Source: Aeromicrobium sp. (GTDB lineage: Bacteria > Actinomycetota > Actinomycetes > Propionibacteriales > Nocardioidaceae). Taken from it: a stretch of 64,000 nt of DNA. Made by a program: the position numbers and the translations under genes. The stretch lies in assembly GCF_037719875.1 (NCBI RefSeq), contig NZ_JBBJMJ010000009.1:31869-95868 (forward strand), read 5' to 3'. Of this stretch, positions 22,769 to 31,938 are shown one piece after another; position 1 is the first letter of the stretch; each line of letters opens with the position of its first letter. The notes beneath the pieces are model-generated. The model was not told the origin of the DNA. It saw only the letters and a program-made list of their open reading frames with translations, and searched no databases.

Positions 22769-23218
22769 GTGCCCCCGACGAAGCATCCGGACCTGACCCC
22801 TGGCGAGGTCGCCACTCGCGCCGGAGTAGCGGTCTCGGCGCTCCACTTCTATGAGCGTGAAGGACTCATCGAGAGCGAGCGAACTGCCGGCAACCAGCGG
22901 CGTTACCACCGCGATGTCCTCCGCAGGATCTCCTTCATCCGTACGTCTCAGGGTCTCGGGATCAGCCTCGCCGCCATCCGCGAAGCGCTCGCGACCCTGC
23001 CGGGCGGCAAGGTGCCGACCAAGGCGGACTGGGCACGATTGTCGCGGGAGTGGCGCGCGGACCTGGACGACCGCATCGACCAGCTCCAGCGCCTGCGCGA
23101 CAACCTCGACGATTGCATCGGTTGCGGGTGCCTGTCCCTCAAGAGCTGCTCGCTCTACAACCCCGGGGACCGGCTCGCCGTCGGCGGCCCGGGGCCGCGT
23201 CGACTGCTACCGCGCTGA
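22769..23218 (+). CDS. soxR: Redox-sensing activator SoxR
   Basis: MerR HTH, GNQRRY, CIGCGCLSLKSC [2Fe-2S] motif; alternative ATG at 22757. Confidence 0.95.
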   Translation: MPPTKHPDLTPGEVATRAGVAVSALHFYEREGLIESERTAGNQRRYHRDVLRRISFIRTSQGLGISLAAIREALATLPGGKVPTKADWARLSREWRADLDDRIDQLQRLRDNLDDCIGCGCLSLKSCSLYNPGDRLAVGGPGPRRLLPR

Positions 23219-23241
23219 CCGAGAAGACTCCGCGACGGCAC

Positions 23242-24636
23242 TCAGCCGATGTCGAGGGCTAGCAGATCGTCCTCGGTCTCCCGTCGGACGATGACGCGCG
23301 CCTCGCCCTCGCGTACGGCGACGACCGCGGCGCGGGGCACGTGGTTGTAGTTGCTAGCCAGCGATCGACAGTAGGCGCCGGTCCCGGGCACTGCGAGCAG
23401 ATCGCCGGCCCTGACGTCACCGGGGAGGAACTCGTCCTTGACCACGATGTCGCCGGACTCGCAGTGCTTGCCCACGACTCGGCTGAGGAGGGCAGGGGCG
23501 CCGGAGTCACGCGATGCCAGCGTGCAGGAGTAGTCAGCGCCGTAGAGCGCCGGCCGGATGTTGTCGCTCATGCCACCGTCGACCGAGATGTAGCGTCGCG
23601 AGGCACCGCCGTCGAGCGACACCGACTTGGTGGTGCCGACTTCATAGAGCGTGAACGTCGACGGCCCCGCGATCGCGCGGCCGGGCTCGATCGACAAGTG
23701 TGGCAGCGCGATGCCCATCGCGGCGCACTCATCGTCGACGATCTTGAGCATGCCGCGAGCCAGGTCGTCGGGCGTCGACGGATCGTCCTGAGTCGTGTAG
23801 GCGATGCCGAACCCGCCGCCGAGGTCGAACTCGGGCATGGCGACGCCGAGCTCCTTTTCGATCTCGGCGTGCAGGCGCAGGACCCGCCGAGCGGCGACCT
23901 CGAACCCGTCCGTGACAAAGATCTGTGACCCGATGTGCGAGTGCAGGCCGCGCAGCTCGAGCCCCGGCTCGGCGACCACGCGACGCACAGCGTCGAGCGC
24001 GGCTCCGCCGGTGATCGAGAACCCGAACTTCTGGTCCTCGTGAGACGTCGAGATGTATTCGTGCGTGTGCGCCTCGACGCCGGCGGTCACCCGGATCATG
24101 ACCGGAGCCATGACGCCGAGCTCGGCGCTCAAGTCGCTCAGCCGGTCGATCTCCTCAACCGAGTCGATGATGATGCGGCCGACGCCCACCTCGAGCGCGC
24201 GACGCAGCTCGGCGACCGACTTGTTGTTGCCGTGCAGACCGATGCGCTCCGGGGGGAACTCTGCCCTCAGGGCGACGGCCAGCTCGCCGCCGGTGCACAC
24301 GTCGAGGTTGAGCCCCTCCTCGGCGATCCAGCGAGCCGTCGCCACGCACAGGAAGGCCTTGCCGGCGTAATAGACGTCGGCGTCGGGGAAAGCCTCCTTG
24401 AACCCACGCGCACGGCGCCGGAAGTCGTCCTCGTCCACGACATATGTCGGGGTCCCGAACTCGGCGGCGAGGTCGGTGGCCGACTCTCCCGCAACGGTCA
24501 GCACGCCCTCGATCTTGGAGACCGATGACGCCCACAGGTGTGGGACGAGCTCGTTGGGGTCCTCGGGCGTACGCAGCCACGCCGGCCCACGATCACCGGA
24601 CTGACCGTGCAGTGCGCCTGCCTCGTGGGACCTCAT
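23242..24636 (-). CDS. lysA: Diaminopimelate decarboxylase
   Basis: YAGKAF, HSHIGSQ, EPGR, GKHCESGD; overlaps argS stop. Confidence 0.96.
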   Translation of the reverse strand: MRSHEAGALHGQSGDRGPAWLRTPEDPNELVPHLWASSVSKIEGVLTVAGESATDLAAEFGTPTYVVDEDDFRRRARGFKEAFPDADVYYAGKAFLCVATARWIAEEGLNLDVCTGGELAVALRAEFPPERIGLHGNNKSVAELRRALEVGVGRIIIDSVEEIDRLSDLSAELGVMAPVMIRVTAGVEAHTHEYISTSHEDQKFGFSITGGAALDAVRRVVAEPGLELRGLHSHIGSQIFVTDGFEVAARRVLRLHAEIEKELGVAMPEFDLGGGFGIAYTTQDDPSTPDDLARGMLKIVDDECAAMGIALPHLSIEPGRAIAGPSTFTLYEVGTTKSVSLDGGASRRYISVDGGMSDNIRPALYGADYSCTLASRDSGAPALLSRVVGKHCESGDIVVKDEFLPGDVRAGDLLAVPGTGAYCRSLASNYNHVPRAAVVAVREGEARVIVRRETEDDLLALDIG

Positions 24637-26300
24637 CACATACGCTCCGGGGCGCCGACGCCGAGCAGGCCGAGTCCGTTGGCGATGACCTGCCTCGTCG
24701 CAGCGACGAGCATCAGTCGCGCACGATGCAGGTCAGTGACTTCCTCGTCGCCCTTGGGCAACACGTGGGCCACGTCGTAGAACTTGTGGAACGCCGCCGC
24801 GGTGTCTTCCAGATAGCGCGCGACCCGGTGCGGCTCACGAAGCTCAGAGGACCGCGCCACGACTCGCGGGTAGTCCGCGAGCGCCCGCAGCAGGGCCCCC
24901 TCCTGGTCCACCGCGAGGAGCGACGGATCGAAGGTCTCCTCATCGATCACGACGCCGAGGTCGACCGCGTTGCGGATGATCGACGAGAGTCGCGCGTGGG
25001 CGTACTGCACGTAATAGACCGGGTTGTCACTGTCCTTCTTGGCCCACAGGTCGAGGTCCAGGTCGATCGTGGAGTCGGTCGAGTAGCGTGCCAGCGCATA
25101 GCGTGCGGCGTCGACCCCGATCGCCTCGACGAGGTCCTCGAGCGTGATGACGGTGCCGGCCCGCTTGCTCATCCGCAGCGGCGCACCTTCGCGGACGAGG
25201 TTGACCAGCTGGCCGATCAGCAGCTCGAGGTTGACCCCTGGGGTGTCGCCGAACGCGGCGCACATCGCAAGCATTCGGGACACGTAGCCGTGGTGGTCGG
25301 CGCCGAGCATGATCAGGCATCGGTCGAAACCGCGCTCGCGCTTGTTGAGGTAGTAGGCCAGGTCGCCGGAGATGTAGGCAGGCTGACCATCGGACTTGAC
25401 GACGACGCGGTCCTTGTCGTCGCCGAAGTCGGAGGTCCGGAGCCAGGTGGCATCATCTCGCTGGTACATCATCCCGAGCTCACGCAGACGGGTGATGGCT
25501 CGATCGACCGCGCCGGACTCGTGCAGGTCGTTCTCGTGGAAGAACACGTCGAAGTCGACACCGAAATCGTGCAGGCTCTTCTTGATCTCGGTGAACATCA
25601 GCTCGACGCCGGTGGCCCGAAACAACTCGAGCGCCGCCGCTTCGGGCAGGGTCGTCGCGTCCGGATGCTCGGCGAGCACGGCTGCGGCGATGTCGGAGAT
25701 GTACCGCCCCCCGTAGCCGTCCTCCGGCGCCTCTTCGCCACGCGCATCGGCCAGCAGGGAGCGGGCGAACCGATCGATCTGCACGCCGTGGTCGTTGAAG
25801 TAGTACTCCCGCGTGACCTCGGCACCTGTTGCCGTGAGGATCCGACCGAGGGAGTCGCCGACCGCGGCCCACCGCACGCCGCCGATGTGGATCGGTCCGG
25901 TGGGATTGGCGCTGACAAACTCAAGGTTGACCCGCTGTCCGGCATACAGCTCGCTCGTGCCGTATGCCACACCAGCCGCGACGATCTGCGGAGCGAGGGC
26001 GCCTTGCGCACCGGCCTCGACCCTGATGTTGAGGAATCCCGGGCCCGCGATCTCGGCACTCGCGATGCCGTCAGCTGCCCCCAGCTCGTCGGCCAGCAGC
26101 TGTGCGAAGTCGCGTGGTGGCAGGGCTGCCTTCTTGGCCAGCCGAAGCGCGATGTTGGTGGCATAGTCGCCGTGCGACTGAGCCTTGGGTCGCTCGACGA
26201 GAACCTCCGCTGGGACGCCGTCGGGCAGCACGATCTTGCCCGCCTCAGTCAATGAGGTGAGGGCGCCGACGATCGCTGCGGAAAGCTGCTCGGGAGTCAC
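24636..26300 (-). CDS. argS: Arginine--tRNA ligase
   Basis: [27 protein letters not shown]-terminal APERM. Confidence 0.97.
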   Translation of the reverse strand: MTPEQLSAAIVGALTSLTEAGKIVLPDGVPAEVLVERPKAQSHGDYATNIALRLAKKAALPPRDFAQLLADELGAADGIASAEIAGPGFLNIRVEAGAQGALAPQIVAAGVAYGTSELYAGQRVNLEFVSANPTGPIHIGGVRWAAVGDSLGRILTATGAEVTREYYFNDHGVQIDRFARSLLADARGEEAPEDGYGGRYISDIAAAVLAEHPDATTLPEAAALELFRATGVELMFTEIKKSLHDFGVDFDVFFHENDLHESGAVDRAITRLRELGMMYQRDDATWLRTSDFGDDKDRVVVKSDGQPAYISGDLAYYLNKRERGFDRCLIMLGADHHGYVSRMLAMCAAFGDTPGVNLELLIGQLVNLVREGAPLRMSKRAGTVITLEDLVEAIGVDAARYALARYSTDSTIDLDLDLWAKKDSDNPVYYVQYAHARLSSIIRNAVDLGVVIDEETFDPSLLAVDQEGALLRALADYPRVVARSSELREPHRVARYLEDTAAAFHKFYDVAHVLPKGDEEVTDLHRARLMLVAATRQVIANGLGLLGVGAPERM

Positions 26301-26362
26301 TCACCAAGACTATCTGGCCGCCGCTTCACCCCTTGCGCCTGTCGGAAGGCCCCGAACGTGGA

Positions 26363-26436
26363 CGACCCGCAGGGCTGCGCTCGCCTCCGGGGAGTTGGAG
26401 CGCGGTCGAGTGGACAACTCGACGCCCTGCGGGTCG
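26363..26436. other. Branched stem-loop upstream of argS
   Basis: CGACCCGCAGGGC/GCCCTGCGGGTCG enclosing GTCGAGT/ACTCGAC. Confidence 0.55.
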
Positions 26437-26494
26437 GGTGACTGCGGGAAATTCGCCGCCACCGGCCAGTTCGCAATGACTGAAGTCCTTGCGG

Positions 26495-26533
26495 CTAGCG
26501 GACAGCCACCTCACAAGTCCAAGATCTATTCAT
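26495..26533 (-). CDS. Candidate 12-aa small ORF MNRSWTCEVAVR
   Basis: GGAGGTGG...GAGGA before ATG; TTGAGT-17-TACCGT promoter at 26565-26593. Confidence 0.45.
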   Translation of the reverse strand: MNRSWTCEVAVR

Positions 26534-26589
26534 TCCTCGAACCACCTCCGTTCCGTGTGGTTCAACGGTACGTCCGAAGCTGCCTTCAC

Positions 26590-26991
26590 TCAAGGATTCC
26601 CGTCCTGACGATTCTTGGTGCGACCGATGACATTGCGCACCGTGACGATCAGGAAGTCTGGATCGAACGGCTTCGTGAGATAGGCGTCGACTCCGGCCCT
26701 GGTCGCCCGCTGGATGTCTGCGGGGTGCCCTTGTGTCGTCACCATGACGATCGCTATGTGCTTGGTCCGGGGGTCCGCCCGGATCGCGGAGACCGTGGCC
26801 ACGCCGTCGAGTCGGGGCATCATCACGTCGACCGTGATGACATCGGGCAGCACGTCTGCCGCGCTCAGGAACCGTAGACAATCGGCGCCGTCGACTGCCT
26901 CATCGACATCGAATCCGGCGAGCTCCATGTTGGTCCGGATGAGGAATCTGATCGAGGCGGTGTCGTCGACGACAAGCACTCTGGGCACCAT
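26590..26991 (-). CDS. Single-domain response regulator (CheY-like)
   Basis: VLVVDD, DVMMPRLDG, YLTKPF; no output domain. Confidence 0.9.
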   Translation of the reverse strand: MVPRVLVVDDTASIRFLIRTNMELAGFDVDEAVDGADCLRFLSAADVLPDVITVDVMMPRLDGVATVSAIRADPRTKHIAIVMVTTQGHPADIQRATRAGVDAYLTKPFDPDFLIVTVRNVIGRTKNRQDGNP

Positions 26992-27041
26992 CAACACGGT
27001 AGTCCCTGTGGGGTAGGCTCACACCGCAGTTGGCCGTATTG

Positions 27042-27116
27042 GCCCCCGTAGCTCAGGGGATAGAGCGCCGCCCTCCGGAGGCGGAAGCGCAGGTTCGAAT
27101 CCTGCCGGGGGCGCCA
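27042..27116 (+). tRNA. tRNA-Arg(CCG)
   Basis: GCCCCCG acceptor stem, CCGCC-CTCCGGA-GGCGG anticodon arm, GGTTCGAATCC T-arm, encoded CCA. Confidence 0.97.
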
Positions 27117-27300
27117 CGCGAAACCGGACCTGACGTCGTAAATCCCCGGCGTCAAGGATTCGGGGAGGAGGGCGCCCCGCGCCCGACGGAGTCCTGCCGG
27201 GGGCGCCACGCGAAACCGGACCTGACGTCGTAAATCCCCGGCGTCAAGGATTCGGGGAGGAGGGCGCCCCGCGCCCGACGGAGTCCTGCCGGGGGCGCCA
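27100..27300 (+). repeat. 92-bp tandem repeat starting with the tRNA 3' end
   Basis: TCCTGCCGGGGGCGCCA at 27100, 27192 and 27284; two identical full units. Confidence 0.9.
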
Positions 27301-27335
27301 ACACCAACCGCCGGATCGACTCGTAAATCCCCAGA

Positions 27336-27683
27336 TCAGGGCGTGTGTGCGCCGACGTTGACCACGCGACCTGCGGAGTCCCGGTAGAAGAAGCGAGTCA
27401 CTCCCCAGGGCTCGTCGGTGAGTGGGTGGATGATCTCCAGCCCCGCTGCCGTGACCCTCTCGAGCGCTTCGTGCACGTCGCTCACAAAGACCGAGACGTC
27501 CGGATTCACGGGGGCGGTTGCGTCGCTCGACATCAGGCTTAGCTGATGCCCCGCTTCATCTCCGAGCGTCACGATCCAGCCATGGTCCATGAGAACAGTC
27601 ATGCCGAGCGCGGCTCCGTGCTCGACGACTGCCTGCTCGAGATCATTCACGGTCAGGTCCGGAAGCACCCGCTCGATACGCAC
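27336..27683 (-). CDS. VOC/glyoxalase family protein
   Basis: PLTDEPWGVTRFFYRDSAGRVVNV. Confidence 0.88.
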   Translation of the reverse strand: MRIERVLPDLTVNDLEQAVVEHGAALGMTVLMDHGWIVTLGDEAGHQLSLMSSDATAPVNPDVSVFVSDVHEALERVTAAGLEIIHPLTDEPWGVTRFFYRDSAGRVVNVGAHTP

Positions 27684-27819
27684 GTCTCAGTGAAGCACGC
27701 CTTTCGGGTCCTCGAATTGAGGATCGAGCACAGAAGCACTCGGAGGCGAGGTTGGTGTGCCGGTGGGTCAACGAAACGTTCGTCACGTGGGTGTCGTCCG
27801 AACCGGCGGAGCTCCCGTT

Positions 27820-28413
27820 CTACGTGATGCGTTGGGCCAACCCGTCGAGCCAGGTGTTGAGGTGGCGGTCGTACCAGCCGCGGCCGGCCCATTTTTCTGG
27901 GTCGGCGAATCCGGGGATCGAGTGGTCAGGGAGATCGCGTCGGTCCGCGATGCTTTTCAGGCGGGTGGCTTCGATGGCGGATGTGAGAACGAGGGTCCGG
28001 ATGAACTCGATGGCTGCTGTGGCATCGATGACGCTGAGTCCTTGGTGGTGCAATGAATCGACGTATGGGGTGAGCCTGGAAACGAATCCAGGTGACACGT
28101 TGCGGGTCCGGAGTGCGGCGAGGTCGTAGCCGGGGTAGGTGTCACACATGGTCCAGATGGCTTCACCGATCTGCTCGAGCTGCTCGCGCCATGGCAGGTC
28201 GATGGCGGGCCATGGTGCTGATTGGGCGATCCGGGTCATGGTGTGGACGACGAGGTCCTCGCGGTCTTCGAAATAGCGGTACAGCCCGGAATGCGCGACA
28301 CCTAACCTGGCGGCGATCGTGGGCAAGCTGAACGTGTCCAGCCCTTCGGCCAAGACAGCATCGATGATCAGATCCTTGGTCAGAGCCCGCGGCCGACCTC
28401 GTATAGCGCCCAT
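27820..28413 (-). CDS. TetR family regulator
   Basis: RGRPR, IAARLGVAHSGLYRYF HTH; leaderless TAGCCT-6nt-ATG. Confidence 0.88.
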   Translation of the reverse strand: MGAIRGRPRALTKDLIIDAVLAEGLDTFSLPTIAARLGVAHSGLYRYFEDREDLVVHTMTRIAQSAPWPAIDLPWREQLEQIGEAIWTMCDTYPGYDLAALRTRNVSPGFVSRLTPYVDSLHHQGLSVIDATAAIEFIRTLVLTSAIEATRLKSIADRRDLPDHSIPGFADPEKWAGRGWYDRHLNTWLDGLAQRIT

Positions 28414-28655
28414 CCAGGAAGGCTACGGGACGACCGCGCACCCGCGTGCGATGCACCGAAGTTCGGAAAGGCGAGGTCGGCCTAGCCGACCGCCCTGCAC
28501 GAGCGGCCGGCGTCCTGGCCACGAGCGATGGATCGGCGTCCACCCCGCCGCCAGGTCTTGGGCGCTGACGCACCGCCCGGGTCCCGTACTCTGTGCGGAG
28601 CAGCGGGCAGCGGGCACCAGATCCCGTTGCTAGACCCTCGTCAGACGGAGTCCAG

Positions 28656-29798
28656 ATGGACCAGCTCGCCCTGGGCGTCATCGCCCACACCGCGAAGGAG
28701 AACGAGCGGCGCCTGCCGATCCACCCTCGCCACCTCGAGCGGCTCAGCGAGGCCCAGCGACCCCATGTCTTCCTCGAAGAGGGCTATGCCGAAGGTTTCG
28801 GGTGGTCCGACGACGAGCTGCGACCGTTCGTCGGAGGCATCCTCACTCGCGCCGAGCTCGTCGCCCGCTGCGACGTGATCCTGCTGACCAAGCCGCAACC
28901 CGCAGATCTGCTCGAGATGCGCGAGGGGCAGACCCTGTGGGGGTGGCCGCACTGTGTCCAGGACCCCGCGCTGACCCAGGCGGCAATCGACCGCAAGCTG
29001 ACCCTCATTGCATGGGAGGTCATGAACCACTGGAGCGGTGACGGCAACTTCCTCCTGCACGTGTTCCACAAGAACAACGAGCTCGCCGGTTACTCCTCGG
29101 TCCTGCACGCGATGGAGATCGGCGGCCTGACCGGTAACTACGGGCGCCAACTCAGCGCCGCGGTCATCGGATTCGGAGCCACCGCCCGCGGCGCCGTGAC
29201 CGCGCTGAGCGCTCATGGCATCCACGATGTCGACATCTTCACGCAACGTGGGGTGGCCGCCGTGAGCGCACCGATCCACTCCGCGCGCATCGTGCACTTC
29301 GATCCGGCATCGTCGCCCGCCAAGAGCCGCGCGTTCGTCGACCAGAGCTGGGTCCCCATGCCGGCCCTGCTTGCCGAGCACGACGTCATCGTCAACTGCG
29401 TCCTGCAGGATCCCAACTCCCCCATGTCGTTCCTGATGAACGACGACCTGTCGACGCTCGCCTCAGGCACCCTCGTTGTCGACGTCTCGTGCGACGAGGG
29501 CATGGGATTCGAGTGGGCCAGGCCGACGACCTTCGACGACCCGACGTTCGTGGTCGGCAACGGAGTGACCTACTACGCGGTCGACCACAGCCCGTCCTAC
29601 CTCTGGAACTCCGCCACGTGGGAGATCAGCCAGGCCCTGCTGCCATATGTGCCGAAGGTCCTCGCAGGGCCGGCTGCCTGGGACGCCGACGAGACGCTGA
29701 GGCGCGCGATCGAGATCCGCGACGGGGTCATCCAGAACCCCGAGATCCTGGCCTTCCAGAAACGCTCGCCGGACTACCCGCACCTCCCGCTTGACTGA
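28656..29798 (+). CDS. N5-(carboxyethyl)ornithine synthase-like (AlaDH/PNT family)
   Basis: KENERRLPIHP, GWPHCVQ, NNELAGY, GFGATARG, YAVDHSPS. Confidence 0.8.
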   Translation: MDQLALGVIAHTAKENERRLPIHPRHLERLSEAQRPHVFLEEGYAEGFGWSDDELRPFVGGILTRAELVARCDVILLTKPQPADLLEMREGQTLWGWPHCVQDPALTQAAIDRKLTLIAWEVMNHWSGDGNFLLHVFHKNNELAGYSSVLHAMEIGGLTGNYGRQLSAAVIGFGATARGAVTALSAHGIHDVDIFTQRGVAAVSAPIHSARIVHFDPASSPAKSRAFVDQSWVPMPALLAEHDVIVNCVLQDPNSPMSFLMNDDLSTLASGTLVVDVSCDEGMGFEWARPTTFDDPTFVVGNGVTYYAVDHSPSYLWNSATWEISQALLPYVPKVLAGPAAWDADETLRRAIEIRDGVIQNPEILAFQKRSPDYPHLPLD

Positions 29799-29815
29799 GC
29801 CCGCATGCTGGGGTC

Positions 29816-30730
29816 ATGGACCGCATCACGACACCCTTTGACATCACCTCGACGGCCCACGACGTCGCCGCCGGCATCGATCTGACCGGCAAACGCGCCA
29901 TCGTGACCGGTGGGGCGTCCGGCATCGGTGTCGAAACTGCACGTGCCTTGGCCCAGGCCGGCGCAGAGGTCACGTTGGCGGTGCGCGACCTCGCCGCCGG
30001 CGAGCGGGTTGCGGCCGACATCCGTAGCACCGCGACGGGTGGCGCGGTCGACGTGCATCCACTGGAGCTCACGGATCTCGACAGCATCGACGCGTTCGCC
30101 TCGGCCTGGGATGGTCCGCTCGACCTGCTCGTCAACAATGCCGGCGTCATGGCGACTCCCGAGACATACACCGATCAGGGTTGGGAGCTGCAGTTCGCGA
30201 CCAATCACCTCGGGCACTTCCGGCTGGCACACGGTCTGCATGAGGCGCTCGCAGCCTCCGGCAAGGCCCGGATCGTGGCGGTCAGCTCCAGCGCGCACTT
30301 CCGATCACCGGTCATCTTCGACGATCTGTTCTTCGACTTCATGCCCTACGACCCGTGGGCCGCCTACGGCCAGTCCAAGACCGCAAACGTGCTGTTCGCG
30401 GTCGAGGCCACCAGGCGCTGGCGCGCCGACGGCATCACCGCCAACTCCCTGATGCCCGGGGCCATCGCGACCAATCTGCAGCGCCACAGCGGTGGGGCAA
30501 CGACTCCGCCCGACCAGCGCAAGACGATCGAGCAGGGCGCCTCTACCTCGGTCCTGCTCGCGACGAGTCCGCTGCTCGAGGGCGTCGGCGGGCGCTACTT
30601 CGTCAACAACCAGGAGGCCGTCGTCGTCGACCGTCCCACCGATGACATGACCGGCGTCGCGGCCTATGCGCTCGACCCGGGCAACGCCGCGCGACTGTGG
30701 GACGTCTCCGTGGAGCTGCTCGGCACCTGA
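29816..30730 (+). CDS. SDR family oxidoreductase
   Basis: TGGASGIG, NNAG, NHLGHF, YGQSK. Confidence 0.92.
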   Translation: MDRITTPFDITSTAHDVAAGIDLTGKRAIVTGGASGIGVETARALAQAGAEVTLAVRDLAAGERVAADIRSTATGGAVDVHPLELTDLDSIDAFASAWDGPLDLLVNNAGVMATPETYTDQGWELQFATNHLGHFRLAHGLHEALAASGKARIVAVSSSAHFRSPVIFDDLFFDFMPYDPWAAYGQSKTANVLFAVEATRRWRADGITANSLMPGAIATNLQRHSGGATTPPDQRKTIEQGASTSVLLATSPLLEGVGGRYFVNNQEAVVVDRPTDDMTGVAAYALDPGNAARLWDVSVELLGT

Positions 30731-30788
30731 GCCGCCTGTGGCGGTGGCCGGTAGCGTCATTCGTACAGACATCGACGAGAGGAACAAC

Positions 30789-31232
30789 ATGCCCACACGC
30801 ACAGCACGCACAGCCTGGGACGGCAGCTTCGAGACCGGCTCGGGGCAGGTCGAGCTCACGAGCTCGGGCCTCGGAACGTTCGAGGTCTCGTTCCCCAAGC
30901 GGGCGTCAGACGATGGCGGGGGTGTGACCAATCCCGAGGAGCTGTTGGGCGCCTCGCACTCGGCTTGCTATGCGATGCAGTTCTCAGCCCTGCTTGGCCA
31001 AAAGGGCGGCACGGTTCAGTCGCTGGAGATCAAGGCGGATGTCTCCCTGGGCCCCGACCCCGACGGTGGATTCATGCTGACCGGGATCGCCCTGACCGTG
31101 CGCGGAGAGGTCGACGGCCTCGATGAGGCAGGTTTCGTCGAGGCCGCTGAAGAGGCCAAGGCCAGCTGCCCGATCAGCAAGGCTCTGACCGGCGTCGACA
31201 TCACCCTCGACGCCACCCTCGAGACCGCCTAG
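30789..31232 (+). CDS. osmC: OsmC family peroxiredoxin
   Basis: NPEELLGASHSACY, CPISKAL; RBS GAGAGGA. Confidence 0.9.
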   Translation: MPTRTARTAWDGSFETGSGQVELTSSGLGTFEVSFPKRASDDGGGVTNPEELLGASHSACYAMQFSALLGQKGGTVQSLEIKADVSLGPDPDGGFMLTGIALTVRGEVDGLDEAGFVEAAEEAKASCPISKALTGVDITLDATLETA

Positions 31233-31243
31233 ACGACCTCGAG

Positions 31244-31837
31244 TCAGGGCTTCGGCGGGGCGAGGGTCTTGGAGGTCGAGGTCTTCTCCTCGCCGCCGTC
31301 GCGGTCCTCGATCTCGAGCCGCGCCTGGAGCGGCTTCTCCGGATCGTCCAGACATGCCAGCGGAAGGCTCATCGTCAGGCGTGGCGCCTTGATGCGCATC
31401 GACGAGCCGGCGCACGCGAACTGCTCGTCCAGCCCGTCCTTGACGAGGAAGAACTCCGGGGTCACGAAGGCGCCGCGCGAGTCACGGAAGGTCCTCAGCT
31501 TCCAGAGCACCTCGCCGCTGTCCTGACCCAGCACCAAGGTCACGCTGTCGAACTTCTTGAGGTCGATGTCCGGCAGATCTGCGGCCAGTCCGACGGCTGT
31601 CGCGGACCGGGCCACCGTCGCCTCCTTGACGGCAATCGCCGCCGGCGCATCGCCTGATCCCGAGAGATCCGCCTGCGGCGTCGTCGACGTTGCGGTGGTC
31701 TGAGCCGGCTTGGGTGCGGCCGGGGTCTCGTCGCCGCCGCGAGTGATCAGGTATCCGACGACGATGACCCCGATGACCGTCGCTGCGGCGATCGGCACCA
31801 CCAACCGATTGCGTCCTGTCGTCGGTTCAGAGCTCAT
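31244..31837 (-). CDS. Hypothetical membrane-anchored exported protein
   Basis: N-terminal TM, P/T/A linker, beta-rich domain with two Cys; RBS GAGGTGG. Confidence 0.7.
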   Translation of the reverse strand: MSSEPTTGRNRLVVPIAAATVIGVIVVGYLITRGGDETPAAPKPAQTTATSTTPQADLSGSGDAPAAIAVKEATVARSATAVGLAADLPDIDLKKFDSVTLVLGQDSGEVLWKLRTFRDSRGAFVTPEFFLVKDGLDEQFACAGSSMRIKAPRLTMSLPLACLDDPEKPLQARLEIEDRDGGEEKTSTSKTLAPPKP

Positions 31838-31938
31838 CGTGTCCACCTCGTGTGTCGTCGCGGGTCAGAGCGAGCCTAGAGCAATTGCAAGCCAGAACCT
31901 CACGGCGAAACGTCAGCGCCCTGCGGGATGCTGGTCCG

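Noticed and set aside
26300-26440. T-box or lysine riboswitch ahead of argS-lysA
   Set aside because: No T-box or L-box motifs recognised; argS looks leaderless
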